The notes beneath the pieces are model-generated. The model saw nothing but the letters and a program-made list of their open reading frames with translations, made no database searches and was not told the origin of the DNA. This document shows positions 40,760 through 49,987 of a DNA stretch of 64,000 bases, piece after piece. The translations under genes and the position numbers were made by a program. How positions within the stretch are numbered: the stretch's first letter is position 1; each line of letters begins with the position of its first letter. This DNA is from Longimicrobiales bacterium (GTDB lineage: Bacteria; Gemmatimonadota; Gemmatimonadetes; Longimicrobiales; Gaopeijiaceae), in the NCBI GenBank assembly GCA_965249725.1, contig OZ252251.1:608001-672000 (forward strand), given 5' to 3'.

Positions 40760-40984
40760 GCCACGCCTTGCTCACACCGCCGACCGTTACGCGCAGGCGT
40801 CGCTCTTAGCGGGTGTCATTGAGGCACATTGGCACTATAGATGTAACGCAAGGGGGGATCAAAAAGTTACAGCCACCTTTATGCGAATGCCAAACATAAA
40901 TATTCGCAATCTGACAGACTCCGTGGACATGCCGTGATCAGCGGAGAATGGAGATGGGACGTGGAGGGAGATGCGGAGCCGATC

Positions 40985-41536
40985 TCAAGAGATCAGCTTG
41001 ACCTCCGTCAGCGCATAGGACAGCGCCTCGACCGAGTGCTGCGTGACCAGTCTTGCCACCCCCCAGCAGTACTCCTCCGCCTCGGTCTTGAGGGGACTAT
41101 CGTCGGCTTCCAGGGCCCTCCTGAGCATACGCCCGGTCGTGGCCGTCACCTCCGCGACCGAGTCCGAGTCCTTGGCGGATCCACTCGCCGTACGCGTGAG
41201 GACGTCCCTCACACCATTTTCCCACTGTACGGCTATCGCTTCGGCCTCCCCATTTGACCGGGCGGACTCCTGGAGCACGTGCCAAAGGACGGTTTGGTAG
41301 CGCTCGTGGAGTTCCGAGGCGTCGACCGGAACGCCGTCCCTCGCGCGCGCCGCCAATGCGAAGTAGTGGGCGATCAGTGAGCGGACTCGCAGAAGGTCGG
41401 CCACCCTGACGCGTTGCTCGGCCGTAAGCAGATGGGCAGGGTCTACCTGCGCGATCGGAAAACCGCCGGCGAAGGTGGCCGCGATAGCGTTGTGAAGAAA
41501 ACGGTCGAGCTCGATCTTCCTCTTGAACAGTGCCAT
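40985..41536 (-). CDS. Hypothetical protein
   Basis: 183-aa ORF MALFKRK..., with GAGG upstream; fills the gap between neighbours. Confidence 0.6.
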   Translation of the reverse strand: MALFKRKIELDRFLHNAIAATFAGGFPIAQVDPAHLLTAEQRVRVADLLRVRSLIAHYFALAARARDGVPVDASELHERYQTVLWHVLQESARSNGEAEAIAVQWENGVRDVLTRTASGSAKDSDSVAEVTATTGRMLRRALEADDSPLKTEAEEYCWGVARLVTQHSVEALSYALTEVKLIS

Positions 41537-41665
41537 CCGCGCCTCACGAGGGGATGCACTGGGAAGAGGCACCCCACTGTTTCAATATTTGACATGTTGA
41601 GCTTCCAGCGCAAACGGACGAATGTCCTACCGGTTGAAGGTCGGCCCACCACATCGGGAAGCGCA

Positions 41666-43198
41666 GTGTCGCAATCCAACACCGTTTGGGATCTCTTGTC
41701 CGCCGGACGCGACGGGGACGTCGCACTGGCTTGTCCGGGCCGGCCTCCACTGCCGTACGCCGGTCTTCGGTCGCAGGTCGAAACCACGGTTGCCGCGCTC
41801 AACGAACGGGGGATCGGGAGAGGCGACCGGGTCGCTCTGGTCCTGCGCAACGGGCCGGAAATGGCCTCGGCCTTTCTTGCCGTGGCGGCGGGCGCCACCA
41901 ACGCGCCACTCAACCCGGCCTACCGACGGGAAGAGTGCGAGTTCTATCTCGCCGATCTCGGTGCCAAGGCGTTGATCGTCGATGAGGGCAGTGACTCACC
42001 CGCCGTCGAAGTGGCCGCCGATCTGGGCATTCAAGTTCTGGAGTTGCGGGTGAGTGAAGGATCCATGGCCGGCACCTTCGAACTCGCCGGCAGCGGCACG
42101 GGCCGGGCGGTCTCCAGCGGTGGCCTTGCCGAGGAGGATGACACCGCACTCGTGTTGCATACATCCGGCACCACTGCGAGGCCCAAGATCGTCCCTTTGG
42201 CTCAACGCAATATCTGCGCGTCGGCAGGCAATATCCGAAGGACCCTACGGCTCACGGAGACGGATCGCTGCATGAACGTGATGCCGCTCTTCCACATCCA
42301 CGGCCTGATGGCGGCGACCATGGCGCCCTTGAGCGCCGGGGCATCCGTCTTCTGCACACCCGGGTTCAACGCCCTCAAGTTCTTCGGATGGTTGGACGAG
42401 GCGCGACCGACGTACTACACCGCAGTTCCCACCATGCACCAAGCGATTCTGGCGCGGTCCCGGGGAAATCGGGAGGTACTCGATCGGGTCTCCCTCCGGT
42501 TCGTGCGATCCTCTTCCTCCTCGCTGCCTCCGCAGGTGATGGCCGAGCTGGAGGACGTGTTCGAGGCCCCGGTGGTGGAGGCGTATGCCATGACCGAGGC
42601 GTCGCACCAGATGACGTGCAATCCGCTTCCTCCGGCTCTGCGGAAGGCCGGTACGGTGGGTGTCGCGGCCGGACCTTATGTGTCGATAATGGATGCCACG
42701 GGTGCCCTCCAAGCGCCTGGTGTCGTGGGGGAGGTGGTGATCAAGGGATCCAACGTCATGGACGGCTACGAGAACAACGCCGAAGCGAATGCTGCCGCCT
42801 TCGCGGACGGTTGGTTCCGCACCGGAGACCAGGGTGTGATGGACGCCGAAGGGTACCTCACGATCACCGGACGCCTGAAGGAGATCATCAACCGTGGAGG
42901 TGAGAAGATCTCTCCGCGCGAAGTCGACGACGTGATCATGGATCACGCAGCGGTTCGGCAGGTAGTCACCTTCGCCGTGCCGCACGCCAAGCTCGGGGAA
43001 GAGGTGGCCGCGGCTGTGGTGCTCCGGGAGGGAATGGAGGCCACGGTGCAGGAGATCCGGGACTTTGCCGCCACCCGGTTGGCCGACTTCAAGTGCCCCC
43101 GGAAGGTCATCATCCTGGATGAGATTCCCCTGGGGCCGACCGGGAAGCTGCAACGCATCGGAATGGCGCAGAAGCTGGGTCTTGAGGCACCCACATGA
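41666..43198 (+). CDS. Acyl-CoA synthetase, oxalate--CoA ligase-like
   Basis: LHTSGTTARPK; MPLFHIHGL; YTAVPTMHQ; EAYAMTEASHQM; NRGGEKISPREVD; PTGKLQR. Confidence 0.88.
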   Translation: MSQSNTVWDLLSAGRDGDVALACPGRPPLPYAGLRSQVETTVAALNERGIGRGDRVALVLRNGPEMASAFLAVAAGATNAPLNPAYRREECEFYLADLGAKALIVDEGSDSPAVEVAADLGIQVLELRVSEGSMAGTFELAGSGTGRAVSSGGLAEEDDTALVLHTSGTTARPKIVPLAQRNICASAGNIRRTLRLTETDRCMNVMPLFHIHGLMAATMAPLSAGASVFCTPGFNALKFFGWLDEARPTYYTAVPTMHQAILARSRGNREVLDRVSLRFVRSSSSSLPPQVMAELEDVFEAPVVEAYAMTEASHQMTCNPLPPALRKAGTVGVAAGPYVSIMDATGALQAPGVVGEVVIKGSNVMDGYENNAEANAAAFADGWFRTGDQGVMDAEGYLTITGRLKEIINRGGEKISPREVDDVIMDHAAVRQVVTFAVPHAKLGEEVAAAVVLREGMEATVQEIRDFAATRLADFKCPRKVIILDEIPLGPTGKLQRIGMAQKLGLEAPT

Positions 43199-43208
43199 TG
43201 GTGAAGAA

Positions 43209-44183
43209 ATGAGGATCTGCGTCTACGGCGCCGGTGCGATCGGGGGGTACTTGGGGGGCCAGTTGGCTCTGTCCGGCGCCGACGTGACGCTCGTGGCGCG
43301 CGGGCCGCACCTCGAGGCGATGCAGACGAACGGACTCAAGCTGCTAGTGGATGGCGAGGAGCGCATCGCCCAGCCCCGCTGCACAGACGATCCGTCCGAG
43401 GCCGGTCCACAGGACTATGTCATCGTCACCTTGAAAGCCCACGCGGTGCCTGCGGTCGTCGATGCCATGCAGCCGCTCTTGGAGCCTCATACGGCCGTGG
43501 TGACCGCTACGAACGGCGTCCCGTGGTGGTACTTCTATGGGCTGGAGGGGCCGTGGAGAGACCGCCGGCTCGAGAGCGTGGATCCCGATGGTACCCAGTG
43601 GGAAAAGATTGGACCCAAGCGGGCGATCGGGTGCGTCGTGTATCCGGCCACAGAGGTGATCGAGCCGGGCGTGATCCGGCATCTGGACGGCGATCGCTTC
43701 ACCCTGGGAGAGCCCACTGGAGCGAAGACCGAGAGGGTTCGCGCGCTCAGCCATGCCCTCATCGCCGCCGGATTCCGGGCTCCCGTCCGAGACATTCGTG
43801 ACGAGCTTTGGGTGAAGCTCTGGGGCAACCTCACCTTCAATCCCCTCAGTGCGCTCACGCAGGAGACCCTGGACATCGTGGCAACGGACCCGGGAACGCG
43901 GGCTGTGGCCAAGGCTATGATGCTCGAGGCCCAGGCTATCGGCGAGAAGCTGGGCGTGCACTTCAAGGTCGATGCCGATCGCCGCATCGACGGGGCCGCC
44001 GCCGTCGGAAAGCACCGCACTTCGATGCTGCAGGATCTCGAGAAGGGGCGGCCCATGGAGATCGACGCCCTCGTCGGCGCGGTCCAAGAGATGGGACGTC
44101 TCGTGGACGTTCCGACGCCGACGATCGACGTGGTCTTGGCCCTCGTTCAGCAGAGGGCCAGGGCGGCGGGGTGCTACAGCTGA
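43209..44183 (+). CDS. Ketopantoate reductase-family protein (PanE2 / oxalyl-CoA reductase-like)
   Basis: GAGAIGG; NGVPWWYFY; GCVVYPA; WVKLWGN; TSMLQDLEKGRPME. Confidence 0.85.
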   Translation: MRICVYGAGAIGGYLGGQLALSGADVTLVARGPHLEAMQTNGLKLLVDGEERIAQPRCTDDPSEAGPQDYVIVTLKAHAVPAVVDAMQPLLEPHTAVVTATNGVPWWYFYGLEGPWRDRRLESVDPDGTQWEKIGPKRAIGCVVYPATEVIEPGVIRHLDGDRFTLGEPTGAKTERVRALSHALIAAGFRAPVRDIRDELWVKLWGNLTFNPLSALTQETLDIVATDPGTRAVAKAMMLEAQAIGEKLGVHFKVDADRRIDGAAAVGKHRTSMLQDLEKGRPMEIDALVGAVQEMGRLVDVPTPTIDVVLALVQQRARAAGCYS

Positions 44184-44199
44184 GTTGGAGCCCTCGCGG

Positions 44200-45486
44200 C
44201 TACTGCATCTGCACTACGAAGAGGCCCTCATTACGGCTCGTGAAGGCAATGATTCCGCTCTGGAAGAACGGGTAGTTGCTCCAGGAGCCGTCGAAACCCG
44301 GCTCGTCGATTCCAGGCACCGTGTCGAAGTATGCGACCTCGACCGGATTCACCGGATCGGACACATCGAGGATCCGGAGTCCGCTCACGTAGTTGGACTG
44401 GTACATGAGGTGATCGCGGATATAGAGGTTGTGGTCCGTGGAGGTCGTGACGCCGAGGTGCTCATTGGCCAGGACGGGGTCGTCCAGGTCCTCGATGTCC
44501 CAGATGATGGTGCGGGTTCGGGGCACCGTCCACCTGAGCTCGTCGATCTCGTCGTTGATGTAGAAGAAGCGGTGGTCGTCGGAGATCCAGCCCTGATGTA
44601 CGTATCCGTAGTTGGGATACTCGGCCTTCGAAATGGCCCTGGGGTCGTTCTTGTCGGTCACATCCGCAATGCTGAGCGCGTCTTCGTTGGCGCCGAGGCA
44701 GATCTCCCGGCCCAGGTGTTCCTCGTCCGGACCCGCATACACGATGCACTGGGCGTCATGCGTGTATCCGGATCCTTCTCTGCCCGTGGAGTGATCGGCG
44801 AAGCATCCCGCAAAGCTCGGGCTCGCCGGTGTGCGGATGTCGATCATGTGGAGTCCGCGACCACAGGTGTCGCCTCCCGAAGAGGCCGCCACGACGTACG
44901 CGAAGCCCGTCGCCTCGTTGATCACGATGTTGTGTGCGCTGGCGATCCTGCCGTATACCGTCGCTTCTTGGAAGGTCACGGGTGCATCCTGGACATCTCT
45001 GAGGTGGCGCAGGTCGAAGACCTGGACGCCGTGATCGTTCGCGCGATCGGCCACTATGAAAGCGTGATCTGCGTAGACCTTCACGTCTCGCCACGGGCTG
45101 ATCGGAGACCCGAACGTCCGGAAGAGTTGGCCCAGATATACCGGGTTCTCCGGATCCTCGAGGCTGACGAAGGCCATGCCGTCGGTCCGGCCCACCAGGG
45201 CGTACTCGATGCCGGTCAGGGGGTCCGTCCAACCCCACAGGTCGTTTACGGTGATCTCGGGAACGGAGTCGGCGGGTGCCGCGCCAGGTGCGGGGCCACC
45301 ACCCATCGCCTCTATGGGGAGGAACGACACAAGATCCAGGTTGGAGCACGCGTATCCGGCAGCGAACCCGCCCTGGCATTCGACCATGGATCCGAGGACG
45401 GCGCCGGTGAACCCGGGATCCTCATCCAGTGCTGTCGTGCTATCTGAGCAAGCGGACAGGAGGAGCATCGCTCCCACCACCGACAT
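44200..45486 (-). CDS. Choice-of-anchor B / LVIVD-repeat lipoprotein
   Basis: Lipobox LSAC; NDLWGWTDP; WRDVKVY; SAHNIVIN; YTHDAQC; YVHQGW; DHNLY; GSWSNYPFF. Start uncertain. Confidence 0.85.
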   Translation of the reverse strand: MSVVGAMLLLSACSDSTTALDEDPGFTGAVLGSMVECQGGFAAGYACSNLDLVSFLPIEAMGGGPAPGAAPADSVPEITVNDLWGWTDPLTGIEYALVGRTDGMAFVSLEDPENPVYLGQLFRTFGSPISPWRDVKVYADHAFIVADRANDHGVQVFDLRHLRDVQDAPVTFQEATVYGRIASAHNIVINEATGFAYVVAASSGGDTCGRGLHMIDIRTPASPSFAGCFADHSTGREGSGYTHDAQCIVYAGPDEEHLGREICLGANEDALSIADVTDKNDPRAISKAEYPNYGYVHQGWISDDHRFFYINDEIDELRWTVPRTRTIIWDIEDLDDPVLANEHLGVTTSTDHNLYIRDHLMYQSNYVSGLRILDVSDPVNPVEVAYFDTVPGIDEPGFDGSWSNYPFFQSGIIAFTSRNEGLFVVQMQ

Positions 45487-45651
45487 CTGCAGTAGGGTTC
45501 GAACGGCATGTGGCGATTTGAATCGACTCAAAGTTTCCTCCGACGCGCTGGTAATCCCCCGTAGTCCTCGAACCATCCCGCGGCCGGATCGGCTCCTCTT
45601 TCTATGACCCCCAATGTACGACGGTGCGGCCCGGACGTGACAGCCGATGCG

Positions 45652-46386
45652 CTAAACGGCATCTCCGAACACCACCGACAGGAATCGTCGCAGGATGGCC
45701 TCGGTTTCCGGCGTCTCGGGAGTCGCGGCCGCGAACTCGTCAAGCGTCGTGTGCCCCGTGAGCGGAAGGTACTCGGGGTAATAGGCGATCCGCTTGATGA
45801 GGCCGGTGCGGTCGAGTTCCGGGTGAAACTGCGTGCAGTAGATCGGCTTGCCCTCGAACCGGAAGGCCTCGTTGGGAACCGTACGGCTGGAAGCGAGCAG
45901 GACGGCCCCGGGAGGGAGCTTCGTGACGATGTCCTCGTGTCCGATCTGAACCGAAAAGGTCTGGCCCAGGGGCCCGAAGACGGGATCACGGCGCCCCGCA
46001 GGCGTCAGTTCCAGCGTTGCGGTGCCTACTTCGGCCAAGTCGTGATCGGTGACGACCTCACCGCCCATGGCGCGCGCCATGGCCTGGAAGCCCCAGCAAG
46101 ACGCGAAGGTCGGCTTGGAGTATTCGTACAGTTCCCTCATCGTCTCGAGCGCCGCAGGGAGCCAGGGGCCACCCCGGGCGACCGAATAGTCCCCACTTCC
46201 TCCGAGGAGGACGACGTCCGTCGAGTCCAGCGTCTCGTCCGAGGGGACTCCGCTGAGAAGGTCGAAGATTTGAATTTGGTCCGGCGAGCAGCGGAACGAG
46301 CGGGCGAAACACTCGATTTCGTGCTCCCGCATCGGATCGTCGTCGTTCCGTACCTGAAGGAGCAGGAAGCGGCGGTTCTGTGGCAT
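45652..46386 (-). CDS. Type 1 glutamine amidotransferase (GMP-synthase-like, stand-alone)
   Basis: GGSG; ASCWGFQ nucleophile; GHED; TQFHPE. Confidence 0.88.
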   Translation of the reverse strand: MPQNRRFLLLQVRNDDDPMREHEIECFARSFRCSPDQIQIFDLLSGVPSDETLDSTDVVLLGGSGDYSVARGGPWLPAALETMRELYEYSKPTFASCWGFQAMARAMGGEVVTDHDLAEVGTATLELTPAGRRDPVFGPLGQTFSVQIGHEDIVTKLPPGAVLLASSRTVPNEAFRFEGKPIYCTQFHPELDRTGLIKRIAYYPEYLPLTGHTTLDEFAAATPETPETEAILRRFLSVVFGDAV

Positions 46387-46601
46387 GCGGTTTCGGGTCG
46401 GCGTGTGGCTCTCGCCCCGAAGCAGGGCGCACGGACTCGAAAAAAGATGAGCTTGGTGGGCAAAGCGGGCAACGCATAGGGGGGCGCGGGCCTCCAGCGG
46501 GACCCGGCGCCTTTCAAGAGCCTTCTCTGTCCGGCATGCCGGTCGCGACCACATATTCGCAGTCCATCGATCCGTACTCTCGGGCTCCGAGGTGACCCTA
46601 C

Positions 46602-47951
46602 ATGATCACGCGACGACGCTGGCCCTTGGTCGGCCCTGGAGCGTTCCTTCCGCTATTGGCCTTCGCGCTCGTCAGCCCGCAGGGCGTCGCGGGGCAGGGC
46701 CTCCTCATCGAGGACGTCACCCTGATCGATGGCACAGGCCGGCCACCGATGGCCGGTGCGTATGTCCTCGTCCAGGGCGACCGCATCGCGACCGTATCCC
46801 GCGATCCGTTGGATGCCCCGGCCGGGACCACTCGCATCGATGGCCGCGGCCGGTATCTGATACCCGGACTCATGGACATGCACATCCACCTGTCCGGAGG
46901 TCGGGGCAGGGCAGGTCCGAACGAACAAGCCGGCATCCAGGCGCTCCACGGCTTCCTGTATAGCGGCTTCACCTCCGTCTTCGACGCTGGAAACAACCCG
47001 GACTACATCTTCGGACTGCGAGAACGGGAGCGGGCGAACGAGTTGGCGGCTCCGAGGATCTTCGCCACGGGTGGTGTGGTCACGGCCCCTGGAGGGCATG
47101 GTGGCGGGTCGGGTGCGGCACTCATCGAGAGCTGGCCCAGAGATCGCAGCAACCTGGAGGAGCACTTGTCCCGCTCTCCCGACCTGGTGAAGCTGACCTT
47201 CGACGAGCACGGCTGGGGCACGCGGCCGCTCATTCCTCTTCTCGACCCCGAGCTCATGGCCGAGGCCGGCCGCTTCTACAACGAGCATGGGGTGCGAACG
47301 ACCGTTCACATCTCCCACGAGTATCGCGCACGACAGGCGATCGAAGCCGGGATCAACACCCTGGCCCACCCCATCATTCAGGGGCCTGTCAGCGAAGGCT
47401 TCGTGAAGCTCATGGCCTCGACGAAAACGCCCATGGTGTCCACCCTCACCATCGGTGAGGGATACAGCCGGTTGGTGGAACATCCCGAGTTCCTGGATTC
47501 GCCGATCTACCAAGCGGTGTACGAGCCCGACGCCATCGAGCGCCTGAAGACGACTGTACGAGACGGGTACGCGGCGAGAGCCTGGACCACGTGGATGAAG
47601 GTCATGACGCCCGTGGCCCAGGAGAATCTCCGGCAGATCGTGGAGGGGGGCGGTGTGATCGTCCTCGGGTCCGATCAGTCGAGCGGCCCGGCGTCGCATC
47701 GAGAACTGGAGCTGATGGTCGAGGGTGGGATTCCCGCGCTCGAAGCCATCCGTATCGGTACGCTGAACGCGGCTATCTTCATGGGGAAGGAGCGGGAGAT
47801 GGGCTCGGTGGAGGAGGGGAAGTTGGCCGATCTGGTCCTGCTCTCGGCGGATCCCGTTGCCGACATCAGCAACGCCCAGAAGATCGACATGGTGATCAAG
47901 GGCGGGAGGATTATCGATCGGGGGGCGCTGGATTTGCCGGCGAACCGGTAG
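46602..47951 (+). CDS. Secreted metal-dependent amidohydrolase
   Basis: Signal peptide; PGLMDMHIH; VKL; TVH; LAH; GSD; GKLADLVLL. Confidence 0.9.
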   Translation: MITRRRWPLVGPGAFLPLLAFALVSPQGVAGQGLLIEDVTLIDGTGRPPMAGAYVLVQGDRIATVSRDPLDAPAGTTRIDGRGRYLIPGLMDMHIHLSGGRGRAGPNEQAGIQALHGFLYSGFTSVFDAGNNPDYIFGLRERERANELAAPRIFATGGVVTAPGGHGGGSGAALIESWPRDRSNLEEHLSRSPDLVKLTFDEHGWGTRPLIPLLDPELMAEAGRFYNEHGVRTTVHISHEYRARQAIEAGINTLAHPIIQGPVSEGFVKLMASTKTPMVSTLTIGEGYSRLVEHPEFLDSPIYQAVYEPDAIERLKTTVRDGYAARAWTTWMKVMTPVAQENLRQIVEGGGVIVLGSDQSSGPASHRELELMVEGGIPALEAIRIGTLNAAIFMGKEREMGSVEEGKLADLVLLSADPVADISNAQKIDMVIKGGRIIDRGALDLPANR

Positions 47952-48004
47952 ATCGATCCCCCGTGACCCCGGGGGGTCCGTGCTGCCGAACCCCGGCGCC
48001 GTCC

Positions 48005-49771
48005 TTAGGGCCGGTTCGCCTCGATGCGCCTAGCCATTTCCCTGAACATCTCGCCCCGCGGCTTGGGCTGCCATCCGTGGCTCATCATCGGGCGCCCGTA
48101 GAGGATCTCCCCGCCATAGTGTGGCTCGGCGGTCTCGAAGAACTCCTCGAGTTCGTAGACGGCCAGGTTCAAGTAGAACTGATCCATCTCCCCGACGTAG
48201 ACACGGAGTTTCCCCACGAGGTCGGGGCCGATCTCGTCCCAGTTCTGCCGGATGTAGTGAACCAGGTCGTACCCGTTGTCTCGCATGTACTCGGCCACCT
48301 CCCGGTCGATCACTCCTGTGTCCGGGTCCCAAAGTGGGCGTGGGTAACCGTCGTCGCCTACCGGTCCGTATACGGCCTCCCAGATCCCCAACTGTTGAGC
48401 GCCACGGCCCTTGTTTCCTAGGACCTGCTCGAAGCGCGTCATGTCACGCATCGTGATCGTCGGTTGTCCGATGAAGTCGCCGTGATTCCAGTGGTCTCGC
48501 ATCCAATAGCGCTCTGGCTCGATCCACTCGTGATGGAGGTCGGGCGTGTAGGCGTTCGCCTCCTCGTAGATGTTGATGAGACCGTAGCGCGTGAAGTCGA
48601 TGGGATCCGGATAGAGTACCCACGCGCCACCGAAGAACTCGGGGTTCTGGACCTGCAGCACCAGCGACTCCCACCCGCCGGTGGACCCACCGGTCAGCAC
48701 TCGCGCATACCCCTCGCGGATGATCCGGAACTCCTCCTCGACACGTGGAATCAGCTCCGTCATGATGGCGTCACCGTACGGTCCGTTGTTGGCCGAGTTC
48801 ACGGCGTAGGAGTCGTCGTAATAGGGGGTCGGGTGCTGGAACGTGACTCCGATCATCCTCGGGAAGTCGTCTGACATCCACTGATGAGAGAACTCCCAAC
48901 CGGTCTCGCCGTTGTGGCGCAGGCGCACCTCGCGGCGGTCCGGGTCCTCCTGTCCGGGCGCCTCGGCGGTGGTGAAGCCGAAGGGAGCGCCGAGACTGAA
49001 ATGGCCTTGCCCATAGACCACCGGGTAGCGCCGGTCGGGCTCCTCTTGGTATCCCTTGGGCAGCAGGACCGTCGCACCCAGGTAGATGGGCCGGCCCCAG
49101 AACTCCGTGAGCAGTTCGCTCTGGAACTTGATGCGTTTCACCCATTCGGTGTCGGGCGGGACCTCGACCGGAGGGAGTACGTCGGTCAACTCCAGCTGGA
49201 CCGTGTATCCGGCGCTCGGATCGAGGTGCACGCGCTGCACCTCACTCACGATATTCCCGGGCGAACGGTTGAACCTCTGGCCCTCCCATTGGTCGTCGTG
49301 GATCCAGACCGTGTGGCCGTCCGCTCGCTGAAACTCCGTGTACACGTTTGCGATGGCCTGGACGTAGTATTCGCCGGCCGGGATATCGCCCAAGCGCTCG
49401 GGAGGGTATCCGACCGTGGCACCGTCCAGGACGGCGGCTTCACCCGGCTGCCAATCCTGCACGTCTACGCCGAAGAAAGGGACGCTCGTCTCCCACGCGC
49501 CAGCCTGTAGGCGGGGCTCCCGAGAGTCGTCGCGGGTGATCATGACCAACACGCGGCCCGTGATGGGCTCGGACCGAGCCGACTCGGCGTACGTTACCTC
49601 GAAGCGTGTGTCGGCCGGGCCGGTGCATCCGCCGACCAGCACCGCTACGGCGATCAGGCTCGACGCGAAGGTGCGGGGGCCGCGGCGGTGCGTACCAGGG
49701 TGTGTACCAGGGTGTGTACCAGGGTGTGTACCAGCGTGTGTACCAGCGTGTGTACCGAGTGGTCGTGACAT
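48005..49771 (-). CDS. Lipoprotein alpha/beta-hydrolase (putative esterase), paralog of 7514-9274
   Basis: Lipobox LVGGC; SELLTEFWGRP; GGSTGGW; QHPTPYYDDSYAVNS. Confidence 0.82.
   Translation of the reverse strand: MSRPLGTHAGTHAGTHPGTHPGTHPGTHRRGPRTFASSLIAVAVLVGGCTGPADTRFEVTYAESARSEPITGRVLVMITRDDSREPRLQAGAWETSVPFFGVDVQDWQPGEAAVLDGATVGYPPERLGDIPAGEYYVQAIANVYTEFQRADGHTVWIHDDQWEGQRFNRSPGNIVSEVQRVHLDPSAGYTVQLELTDVLPPVEVPPDTEWVKRIKFQSELLTEFWGRPIYLGATVLLPKGYQEEPDRRYPVVYGQGHFSLGAPFGFTTAEAPGQEDPDRREVRLRHNGETGWEFSHQWMSDDFPRMIGVTFQHPTPYYDDSYAVNSANNGPYGDAIMTELIPRVEEEFRIIREGYARVLTGGSTGGWESLVLQVQNPEFFGGAWVLYPDPIDFTRYGLINIYEEANAYTPDLHHEWIEPERYWMRDHWNHGDFIGQPTITMRDMTRFEQVLGNKGRGAQQLGIWEAVYGPVGDDGYPRPLWDPDTGVIDREVAEYMRDNGYDLVHYIRQNWDEIGPDLVGKLRVYVGEMDQFYLNLAVYELEEFFETAEPHYGGEILYGRPMMSHGWQPKPRGEMFREMARRIEANRP
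49692..49756. repeat. 12-bp tandem repeat GTACCAG(G/C)GTGT x5.4, encoding GTH(A/P) on the minus strand
   Basis: Units start at 49692, 49704, 49716 (G variant), 49728, 49740 (C variant), partial 49752. Confidence 0.95.
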
Positions 49772-49987
49772 CGTGGTTCTCCGTTGTTCTTCTGCGACAA
49801 CTCCTAGGTGACCGCGGAGCAACGCGCGCGCCGGGGAGGAGGTGACGATACGGCTGCTTGGCCGTGATGTCATCGTCGGGAGGGCCCGCACGAGGGCCGA
49901 GCCGCGGCCCGAGGTTGCCGCGCGTACGTTCCGACTGCCTTTTGAGGGACCCTGTTGCCCGGATCTCCGACCCTACGAGGGAACCTG

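Noticed and set aside
40829..40846. TTGGCAC as a possible sigma54 -24 element
   Set aside because: The -12 position reads ATGT, not TTGC, and no clear plus-strand gene follows.
43209..44183. Calling this gene panE
   Set aside because: Sequence features and linkage to an oxalate-ligase-like gene favour the PanE2-like subfamily; symbol withheld.
43972..45447. 491-aa plus-strand ORF
   Set aside because: Antisense to the choice-of-anchor B gene and overlaps the PanE-like gene; no motifs.
47955..47980. GC-rich hairpin between convergent genes as an intrinsic terminator
   Set aside because: No U-tract on either strand, so not supported as a classical terminator.
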